DNA of 64,000 bases, taken from contig NC_069003.1 of the NCBI RefSeq assembly GCF_001194135.2, forward strand, positions 36,316,225 to 36,380,224. Direction: 5' to 3'. A model generated the notes under the pieces. It saw only the letters and a list, made by a program, of their open reading frames with translations, was not told the origin of the DNA and searched no databases. The DNA is from Octopus bimaculoides. Taxonomy: Eukaryota. Numbering within the stretch: the first letter of the stretch is position 1; every line of letters begins with the position of its first letter. A program made the translations under genes and the position numbers. Positions 25,201 through 36,912 of this stretch are shown one piece after another.

Positions 25201-28200
25201 TACTTGACTGCTGTTTATCTTCAAATCCTGCCATGGTCAACTTGCCTTTCATCCTTTCAAGGTCGATAAAATAAAGTACCAGTCAAATACAGTGGTGAGG
25301 GAGGAAGTGGGGGCGGGGGGCAGTGTAATCTGACCCTCCCCCCTCAAATTTGCAAGTCTTGTTCCAAAATTAGATTTATTATTATTATTATTATTGGCAG
25401 AATCATAAGCATGCCAAACAAAATGTTTAGCACCGTTTTGTCTGTCTCTAGGTTCTGAGTTCAATTTCTGCTGAGGTTGACTTTGCCTTTCATCCTTTCA
25501 AGGTTGATAAAATAAAGACCAGTCAAGTCCTGGGGTCAATGTCATTATTATTATTATTATGACTCGGGTTCAGTCCTATTTCTGGTAGAATTTACATGGG
25601 TGGCAGGTTACTACCTCTAACCTTGGGTATCCACTGGCTTTCAATAGTACTTAGAACCCGCCTGATAGTCTTTCCTGTCCCTAAGAGGCAAACTTTCTGT
25701 AGAAGCTCTACAAAATATTCTATTATTATTATTATTATTATCATTACCTCTGCCTTAGCAAAGGTGGAGGTATTGTTTTCAGTCGCATTTGTTTGTCTGT
25801 CCATGGACAAGATATCTCAAGAACTGCTGGATGGATTCAGATGAAACTTTCAGGGATGTTTGTCCTCTTGACTGGCACAAACTGATAAGATTTTGGGATC
25901 AATCTGGTACTGGACATGGATTCTGGATTATTTTTCCGTTTTTTTTACTTAATTTTTGAGAGCGGTCAGGTTCATTTTTAGTATTCTTGTTTGTGAGAGC
26001 AACTGAGTTTATTTCAGGTATTCTCATTTAAAAAATCATCTCCGGCTAATCGTTGAGAGGACATTGGTCTTGCCTTGGCAGAGGTTTGCGCTCTCTGAGT
26101 GCTCTTATTATTATTAGAGCCACCAAGAGAAGCCTTCAGTGTAATTTCTTGGCTTACTAGAAGTAGTAGCCAGTTTCCTTTGAACTCTCCCTCTATTATA
26201 TTAAAGACAAATACATGGAAATAACACATATGAAGTAGACGTGGATAGCTTTTAGAAAAACAGTACAGTCGTAATATTTAGGAGTGCTATGCACCAGTGA
26301 CGCAATATTGTTGTGCTACAAGTCTGGTTAGTGTTGTTGACACTCCTTCTCTCTCTCTCTCTCCTATTTCCCATTGATTTTTGTTTGACTCAGCTGTCTC
26401 TCTCAACTTGCCTCCTTCCAGTCTTTCTCATTCAGGTAATGTCATTGTCCTGTCCTTTTTGTTTTGTGCCTTTCCTACCTGAAATTTTTATTCTGTGGGT
26501 TGATAAGGTTTGTCGTCCGCCTTCTTGTGTGCACACTTAACACGTTGTCTCTCATTGTGAGAGCTATCACCAGGTAAATCAATGCTGTTTGGAATTTAAT
26601 TAAAAGTTCTTTTCAATAAAATTATGATGGTTAGTTATAATCAAGTATATGAATACTTCAACATTTTACTGTGGAAATCAGATCCGACCCCTCAAAATTC
26701 CTTTAGCCTTAAATGCAGAAACCAGTTTGATATACCAATCTAATTTTTTGGTTGAGAAATGTCATGTTTTGAAACTATTTTCTCTTGAGATATGTCAAGT
26801 TTATGGAGACAACGTGACTTGTAAGAAATATTTCAACAGCTCATCTTGGTTTTTCATGTTCAAAATGTCAAATGAAGAAACAGGGAAATTTTAAAATCAG
26901 AAACGAGGAAATCCTGTGTTCCCACTTTGACAGAAGAACATCATCAGTCTTCAATTTTTTGTGAATATTTTATAAAATAATAATAATAATAATAATAATG
27001 GATTCAAATTTTTCTACAAGGGCAGCAGTTTGGGGGGAGGGAAGGAGTCAATTACATCAACCCCAGTGTTCAACTGGTACTTATTTTTTTCAACCCCAAA
27101 AGGTTGAAAGGTAAAGTCGACCTTGGTGGAATTTGAACTCAGAACGTAGCGACAGGCGAAATACCCCTAAGCATTTCGTCCAGTATGCCAACGATTCTAC
27201 CAGCTTGTCACCTTAATAATAATGAAAATAATGATAAGGTGGTGAGCTGGCAGAATCGTTAGCACGCCAGGTGAAAATGCTTAGCGGCATTTCGTCTGTC
27301 TCTACGTTCTGAGTTCAAATTCCGCCGAGGTTGACTTTGCCTTTCATCCTTTCAAGGTTGATTTAACAAGTACCAGTTACACACTGGGATCAATGTAATC
27401 AATTTAATCCCTTTGTCTGTCCTTGTTCGCCCCCTCTATATTCAGCCCCCTGTAGGCAATAAAGACATTCATAATAATAAGAATAATAATTTGTTTCGTT
27501 TCCAGAAGAAAGTGGTATTACCAAAGCTGCAGTTGAAACTTCCAGACATGTCTATGCCAGAGAGTTGCAATATTAATGTGTTTCGCACTGTGGCTGGTAC
27601 AGCTGCTAAGACACAAAGCAGAGTGGCACATGTACCCAAAAAGGTAAGTTATAATCGCAGTCATAATAATGTTTGTTTGTTTGTTGCAACTCTTGTTAGT
27701 GTGTGTGCTTGTAGTAGTGCTGATGAAGTTTGTCATTATTTAAGCTGGTGTTTTGCTCTAATTAACAACATTCTAATGGAAGATCACTTTGAAACAGAAA
27801 GTTTGTACCATCGCACCAGAGGTGTTCTCCTGTAGGTTGGTACTGGAATAGTTATGGACATAGTGCAGCAGACTTATGCTAAGAGGCATTCCAGCCATGG
27901 TCATCTTTTTCTTTGCGGTCTGTGGTGGATTTTACTCACTGGTTAGAATCATTCATTCTTTGAATGGTTCATAATAATTTGAGGGCAAAGAATGAAGCCA
28001 AGCATGGCAATGAGGTTCTGCCAGGAACCACAGAGTTGCAGAACAAACAGAAAATTCCCAGAAAAGTGCATGACTCAACTACTCAAGGCAAAAAAGTATC
28101 CATCACAGATGACATTATAGGATAGAATAACATACATGCTTATACAGCTTCCATTTTTATTTCCGTCTTATTATCATATAAGCTTGCCAACAGAATGGCT

Positions 28201-31045
28201 TCATGTTCAGTCCCACTTCATGGCACTTTAAGGCAAATGTCATCTGCTGTAGCTTCAGGTTGACTAAAGCCATGTGAGTCAATGATGAGAGTTGGTGACA
28301 GGAAGGGCATCTGGCTGTAGAAAATCTGCTTCAATAAATTCTATCTGACCCATGGAAAAGTGGACATTAAAAACGATGAGGTTTATTTTTGAGAACTGTG
28401 TGTGAGTGTGCCAGTCATCACTTCCTCTACCCTATCTTCCCACCATTCAGTCCCCACTCCTATACCACCTCTATCTATCCCTCGCTCTTGCTGCCTCCAC
28501 CCATTCACCCTTCCCATTTTTCTGCCCCCACTCTCTCTTCTCTTCACCTTCTTGTACCTTAAGGCCCCACCCTGATACATCGTCACACCCATCTTTATCT
28601 CTCTTTTCAATTCCATCCCTAATACTCGCACTCAGTGAATGGGGATTTTGGTCTTACGAATTACATGGCACCCTCACACACACACACGCCAAAAGGCTCC
28701 ATCTGGGGTAGACTTTTAGTCCAACTCGTGCAGAAGGTTGTTGGGCCCTCAGTCTAAAGTAAGATCGTAAGATTAAAGAACTTATTAAAAAAAAAGAAGT
28801 CATGAGATAACATCAGTAATTCTTCCTCTGCAGGAATAAAATTCGTTTGGAAATTTATTAAATCAAAGCTTCGCCCGATTTTTCGTTTATACGGGTGGGG
28901 TGGGGGTGAAAAGTGTCGCGAAAGGCCTGGTTGGAGGCCCAACCTTTCGAGTTCTTTTACAGAGCTTTGAAAAACTGAAGGACCTCTGCAATAAGTGTGT
29001 GAATCTGCTGAGAGGGGGAATATATTGAATGAAATCATAATTAACTGATCCTCCTGTGTTTTCTTTTACCCAAAGCCAGGAACTTTTCAGCACTCTCTCC
29101 TACGCACACACACACACACACACATATGTATAGATCTATGTGTGTGTATCTTATTGTGTGTGTATGTTTTTATGTATGTGTAGGGTAAGGTTGTGTGGTT
29201 CGAAAGTCCGCTTTGCCAGCCATGTGGTTTTCAGTCCCACCAACATTTAACACGCTAAGATCTGAAATATCTACTTGAACAAGTTTGTTCTCTATGGCCC
29301 CAGGTCACCAAAGTCTTGTGATGTACTTGGGAATCGAAACCCACGTGGAAGCCAGTCATGCGTGTATTCTCATTCTTAGTTCAACCACAACTTGTTTATC
29401 TATATCTTAATAGACTTGTATTGCACTGTATTTGAGTGCGCGCCCGTGTGTGTAGAGAGAGAGAGATACACAAGTGCACCTGGTGACACCGCCACCGACA
29501 TTCAACACGTTAATATCTGAAGTATCTCCTTAACGACAGATGATTATTGTACTCAAAACGGGGATAGAAGAGCTGTTTCTTAATTTTATCTCCTTATATA
29601 GAGAAATTTCAAATCAATCAATCCCGCTTCCTCCTCTCAACTCTCCCTGCTTTCAACAATTGTCACAAATAGCTTTTCTTCTTCTCTCCTCCCCCCCACC
29701 ACACATTTTTTTTCTCCCTCTTGCTCGTTTTTTCTTTTCTTCTTCCTTCTCTCATTACTTCTATCTCTTTCCCTTTCTCTTTCTTTAAACTTTCTTCTCT
29801 TCTTCCCTTTTCTCACTCTTTCTATTTCTACTGCCATGTGTAGCTTTTTTTTCTTTTAATTAAAATCCTCGTTTTTTTTTCTCGATCCACCACTCTCACT
29901 TTTTTTTATTTCAATTTTTTTCTTTTTGTTTTCCTGGAAATTTTCTCTTTTTTGTCATAAATATATTTATATCCCTCATTTTTCATCTTTCTTTTTTCCT
30001 TATCTTCTCCCCCCCCCCTTTCCGCAACTCCTTGAGAAAGCATGACTCCTCTCTCTCTCTCGTGATGCATCTCCTCCTCCGTCTCTTTTATACCTTTCTT
30101 TTTAACCTCCACTTCCGGTTATTATGATGTCAGCCGAAATGACGTTTCCAGGAAGTGATTGAGGTTGGTTGTTAGCGCTCTTCTGATTGGTCGTTTCACC
30201 CGACGGCATGGAGGCGTGGTTAGTCACGAGGGAGGCGTGTGTTTGCGTTCATGTCCTCTTTATTATTATTATGTGTCTACACACTCCTCTGTGTGTGTGT
30301 GTGTGTGCTGTCGCGTGCGTCGTTTGCGTTTGTACGAGCGCGCGTGTGTGTGTGTGAGTATGTTGTGTGCGCGCTCGCGCGTGCTGACGTGATCGGACGT
30401 TGTTTCCTTACGCAACCATTCCTTGTTGTTTGTTTGTTTGTTCGTTCTGTTTCGCTGTTTTCCTTTCTTCCCTCGTCAGTCATTTCGCTTCGACTCTTCG
30501 CAACATTCTCACACGATTCGCTTGAGTCGCTCGGTCGTTCACCCGACTTTTTTCTTATTTACCCAACAAGTACGATCGCTTACTTTTACATTTAATCAAC
30601 TCCCCACACAAGAGACTGTTTTGTGCTGTGATCGGAGAGCCCCCCCACCTTCGAAACAACTTCAATTCGAACCTGAATCAGAACAAATTTACATAGAAAC
30701 AAAGTTTCCCTGACTTTTTTTTAATTATTATTTAAAAAACAAAAAAGAAAGTTCAAACAAACAAACGTCGACAATTATCACAAGAAGACTAAGAAACATT
30801 TCGTCACTATGAACGTGGTCATGCTGGAGCCCCCACTTTACCAACACGGCCCTGGGCCCTGGTTTCGACCGGCTCCCTTTTATTGTGGTAGACGAAGTCA
30901 CTGTGCTTGTAACATGTGTTACAGGGCCAACGGTGGCGGTGGTTGTTCGCACCAGGTGTGGATAAACATGTCACAACAACGAACACGCCAGGTAAACAAA
31001 TTGGGATTTCTTTGTGATTGTTAATTGCTATTTGTAATTATGTCA

Positions 31046-31078
<33 letters not shown>

Positions 31079-34000
31079 GTATATATTTATATATATGTGT
31101 ATATATATCTTTGCCAGTTGCCTGTATAACTTGCATTTTTTAGATTTGAACATTGAATGGGGTGTTTGTATGAAAATATACTTTCCCCGAAAGATTGCCC
31201 CCCCTCCACACACACATACATACACACACGCACACACAAAGATATTGATTGTTTTGGCGGCCTTGTGTTTTGTGGATGTGTGTGTATAAGCGATGTAGGT
31301 TTGAATTATGAATATAACATCATAGACGTATATATAGAAACTATGTATTACTCTACGTTGACATTTGTATACAAAACATACATTATTACCATAACATGAT
31401 CATAAAAATATAATTCCGTTATTTGTGCGATTGTGTGGACAAAGAGACATTAATACATATGTGGACTGTTTAAAGGGTACACTTGTGTGTGTATGTTCGT
31501 AGCCCACGAGGTTTTATTATTATTTTAATATCACCTGGAAGTTAGGGCTTGCGATATTTGTTTTGGTTCTTTACTTTCAGAGTTCAAATTCCGCCGAAGC
31601 CATATTTGCTTTTCATACTTTCGGGGTTGATAAAATAAAGTTGCAGTCGATTACTGGGGTCGATGTACTTAAATTGTACCTAAATCAGAAACGTGTTAAA
31701 TTAGTTGGGAGTTGAGAGACAACGTCAGCTACTTTTAGAATGATGGGATCAATATCGTTTAATAGGGATTTTTTGTTGGGAAAACGTGGTTTGAAAAGGG
31801 ATTTCTGGCGTCTGCTTTCATCTTGGGTGCAAGGGGGTGCGTAATCTGTCTCGTAGTGCATAGACATTACACATCCTTGTGCCCGTTTCAGCTGAAACGG
31901 GTGGGGCACAAGGATGGTGTTTGTGTGGTGTGTAACACGCTAATTATAAGAACAGAATCTGTTGTTGTAGTGGTAGCAGTAGTAGTAGTAGTGATGGAGA
32001 GAGAGAGGGAGAAGATACAGAGGATGAACGAGTGGCTGTTTTGTGTTGATGTAATCAGCCAGTGCGGATGTCCTTTGTTTTGCATGTGGTCAGATTCTCA
32101 TTCGTGTGAGGGATGAGGGTGGAGACAGCAACAACAAGTAATCAGGAAAAATCTGTTTCTGGTCCTGAAAACCAGCGAAAAACCCCAAATATCTGTGATG
32201 GATGTTTCGCCAATGTACTCAATGTCCTCGCTCGCCCGCACAGCAACACAACAAATACATGAGGTATGAACGAGGAGTTTGTGTGTGTGTGATAAATATA
32301 TGCGCTCGTTACTTACATATGTTATTCTACATATACACACACACGACCTCGCGAGGAATACACTACCCCCCTCTCTCTCTCTTCCGTATTTCTGTCCTCC
32401 GCGCGCTTATCACGTGCATCTATTGTTATTTCTGCGAATGGCAGAAGAGGATGTGGTGGTGGTGGTGGTCTCTGGGTATTTTGTTTTTTGTTGTCGTTTG
32501 GGATGGGATTTTTAGAAATGGTTGCTCTTTGAAAAAAATAATAAAGCATTATATATATAAAAAAAAAAAAAGGCATGACTACAGATGTGTGCCCNNNNNN
32601 NNNNNNNNNNNNNNNNNNNNNNNNNNNNNNNNNNNNNNNNNNNNNNNNNNNNNNNNNNNNNNNNNNNNNNNNNNNNNNNNNNNNNNNNNNNNNNNNNNNN
32701 NNNNNNNNNNNNNNNNNNNNNNNNNNNNNNNNNNNNNNNNNNNNNNNNNNNNNNNNNNNNNNNNNNNNNNNNNNNNNNNNNNNNNNNNNNNNNNNNNNNN
32801 NNNNNNNNNNNNNNNNNNNNNNNNNNNNNNNNNNNNNNNNNNNNNNNNNNNNNNNNNNNNNNNNNNNNNNNNNNNNNNNNNNNNNNNNNNNNNNNNNNNN
32901 NNNNNNNNNNNNNNNNNNNNNNNNNNNNNNNNNNNNNNNNNNNNNNNNNNNNNNNNNNNNNNNNNNNNNNNNNNNNNNNNNNNNNNNNNNNNNNNNNNNN
33001 NNNNNNNNNNNNNNNNNNNNNNNNNNNNNNNNNNNNNNNNNNNNNNNNNNNNNNNNNNNNNNNNNNNNNNNNNNNNNNNNNNNNNNNNNNNNNNNNNNNN
33101 NNNNNNNNNNNNNNNNNNNNNNNNNNNNNNNNNNNNNNNNNNNNNNNNNNNNNNNNNNNNNNNNNNNNNNNNNNNNNNNNNNNNNNNNNNNNNNNNNNNN
33201 NNGTTTATGGGGAGAAAAATATTGAAAAACATCAATACACTAGAGAGTGAGAAAGAAACGAGGAGGGTTGTCTTGGGATTTTCCTCAGAAAATATTTACT
33301 TTTTCTTTTTTTTACGGAAAAGGCTCCTCCCGTGGTTTTTAAATGCAAAAAAATGGCCAAAATCGGTGCGGAGTGGGATAGTCGTGGGGGGGGGGATTAA
33401 AAAATGAACTTATGTGGTCTTGATCCGAAACTCTTCTCCCCACCCATTCGGAAAAAGTTTCCCCCACAAATTTCTTTATAATCGTAATCTATACCGTTTG
33501 GAAGGTATCTGTATAAACTTTCATTAAAAGAGACCCATTTTCCGAAACTCCTCTCCCCAATCCCTCAGAAAAATTCTTTGCCACAAGCCCCTTACATACT
33601 CTGTATTTTCATTTCGTTAAAATGTATTCATTTTTCTGGAAGTTATGAAGCAACAAAGTCGGGGGGAGGAGTGGGGTTCACATCTGTAGTTATACCAAAA
33701 AAAAAAACCCAGTTAACATTAGTGGTGGTGGCCTTTATATATGTTATTGTTGTCGTTGTCCCCAGCATGAAAGTAAACCAACTCACTGAACCAGTTGTTG
33801 ATGTTTTCCTCTGTCACACATCACGTCACACAGACCTCACCCACCTTCCACCCTTACCCTGTTGCTACCTATAAATTCACTCATTGTTTGTTTATGGATG
33901 TGTGGTTGTAGTTGTTGTTTGACCTCCAGCTCAGTCCTTATAGAACAGACCTCTGGTCAAAAATATTCCACCTGTGACCCTCCTGTCTTTCTCTTCTTAT

Positions 34001-34182
34001 GTGCAAGCAACTCATGACTAATTGAGTTCAATGTGGTCTTTTTCTAAGATGGTAAGGTGTCATTTCAGGGAGAGATTTGGCTGTTATTTCTTATGGGTCA
34101 AGCTACCATGAAAAGGCTCCCTCATCTGTGTAATTGTAATAATGGTGGTAGTGTGCTTGTATATATGTGTGTGTGTGTATAT

Positions 34183-34225
<43 letters not shown>

Positions 34226-36870
34226 ATTTTTACTGGTTTCAGTCATTAGACTGAAACCATGCTAGGGCACCCTATTGCTTATATCGCCGAACTGCCAAGT
34301 TACTGGGATGTAAATACACCAACACCGGTTATCAAGTGGTAGTGAGACACACACACACACAAACATATACGACAGGCTTCTTTCAGTTTCCGCCTACCAA
34401 ATCTGCTCCCAATGTGCCACGTGGTGGTACTGAACCCGGAACCATGTGCTTGGGAAGTAAACCTACCACACAGACGCATCTGTATATGTATATATAGCAT
34501 AATTTATGATAATGATTATGTGTGAGGAGTGGGGAGGGCAAGAAATATTTAATGTGTGTATGTCTCTCTTTATTTGGGGGAGAAATGTAGGATTTATTGA
34601 CTTCCTCTTCCTGGTGATTATTTTATCTCTATTACCTCATTGTTTACACTCTTTGACCTGGTCACTACCACCACCACCACCATCATCATATCACATCCGT
34701 TTGTCTCTGGCTGCATGGATTGGTCAGATCTATTCTCACCTCTCACTTCTCCTTTATCATCTGAACAGCACTGTGCTTAGAAAATTACTATTTTTAAATC
34801 TCACAACGAGAGATATTCAGCAACAGTACTTTGGAGTAAAGATTACTTGCCAACATAACATGGCAGTCCTGGTTTAGGACGAATGTTGCTGTAATTTAGC
34901 CCCAGGCTATATGACACGATCTGTGTCCCTTGTTCAAAAATATAAGATCACAGATCGTGTTGTACAGCATCATTCATCACCAGATAGGCTTGTTGTTGTG
35001 ATCTGAAGATGTTGTTTGTGTGTTGGTAGCCAGCAAGCAGTTGAGACCATCTCTTAGATATGGAAGCAGTGCTTCATGTAAACTTGGCCTTTTCTCAAAG
35101 AAGCTGTTTGTCAATGAAATAAGTACCAGCTTGGCATTGTGCCAAAGTGAAAAAAATAAATCACTGTTGTTGTTATTATTGTTTTTGTTGTTAGATACCA
35201 GTTATGTATTGAGAATAACTTCAATTATATTTCTCCTCAACAAACTGTGGCCTTGTGCCAATATGAAAAGCCATTGTTATTATTAGTATTATTATTATTA
35301 TTAATAGGAAGTTTTGGCACAAACTACAGAGAACTGAAGGAATTATTATTATAATTTATTTTGTCCTCGTTACCTGAGTATGACACCTTGCAATTGTGAA
35401 AGTTCTAATTAGACTGGTTCATCTCTCTCTCTGGTCTGAGAAAGGAAATATATTAAACACCAGTAATACATTGGCTGCCATTCAATCAGGCGTGTACCTC
35501 CTTACCTTCTCAAAATATTGGCCTTCTGCCCACACAAACGAAATCATTGGTGCTCAGTTATTATTACTATTGTTTTTTTGTGTGTCAGATAGCAAGAGTC
35601 GGTAGAGCATTGAACCGACTGCCCTAAATGCCTCGTCATATTTAGTTACAACTCTTTATTTACATTCCGAGTTCTAACCGTAGTCTCGTAGTCTGTTTAT
35701 CAAAGAGATTTAGTAAATAATACTCAGCGTGTTAAAGATATTTCTCACCACCCCACCCGCTCCTTTTGCCAGTGTAAAGAATTCGTTAGTTTTGTTAGTG
35801 TTTAGCTGTTGGTTTCCAGCCATGCCCATTCCATCATTTTAGGGGCTGTTAAGCATGTCCTTCCCCTATTTTAAAACAGTGGTGGGTGTGATTTCAAGGG
35901 AGATTTGGCTGCTATTTCTAGCAAACTGACTGACCCTATAGGGACTCTTATTGACTTGTCATCTATCATCTTCTGGGTCAGCAAAGTACCAGTCATGTGT
36001 TGGGTCAATTTAATCGATTAACTCCAGATTTCTGGCTCTGTGTCTGTGATATTCAGTTGTGCCTCTTTTATGTTCTAAGTTCAATTCCAGCCCGGGTCAG
36101 CTTTGCCCTTTCCTCCTCCTCCTCCTTCTGGGGGTTGGTAAAAAATAATGATTCGTTCATTTGACTCTACACAACTTGTCACTGAATGGCCTTGAGCTAA
36201 AGTTAGAGAGAGTTGTTGTTATTAATCTTAGAATATGTTGAGGGGAAGGGATTGGCATAATTATTGCAGCATTGGTAAACGATTCCTTGCAGTGTTTTAA
36301 ATTTCTTTAAATTAAAATCTCTCTGAGGTCAATGACCTGAACCACCAGACTAGTGGTGGGGTGGGGTGGGGCTGTCAACTAAACTCCCCCCCCCTTCCTC
36401 CAAGAATTCTTCTCAGAGTTCATTGTCTTCTGTCTGTGTTTTGGTTTTTTTCTTTCTTTCTTATATTTGTTTCATTCAGACTATGGCCATGCTGGAGCAC
36501 CACCTTGAAGAATTTTTAGTCAAACAACTCAACCCTAGTACTTTTTTTTTTTTTTTAAAGTCTGGTACTTATTTTGTCAATCCCTTTTACAGAACCACTA
36601 AGTTATGGTGGTGTAAACATACCAGGGCTGATTGTTGTTAGGAGTTGGGGGCAAACACACACACACACACTATATATATCTTTTGGATTTTCCTATCTTT
36701 CCTGTTTCCGTAGAAGAGCCAGGCTCAAAATGGAAAAACCACTCTTTTCTTTCTCTGAGTATCTTATTAATACTTTGCATGTGCAACGTCCTCACATTTT
36801 TTCTTATTGAATCAAGTACGTCAAAATCAAATCAAGCATTATATCCAACAGATGTTAAACAATGATGATA

Positions 36871-36912
<42 letters not shown>

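Noticed and set aside
32202-33407. Long ORFs spanning N runs (also at 45.3-45.9, 49.7-50.3, 50.8-51.3 and 57.0-57.9 kb)
   Set aside because: Their length comes from untranslatable gap bases.
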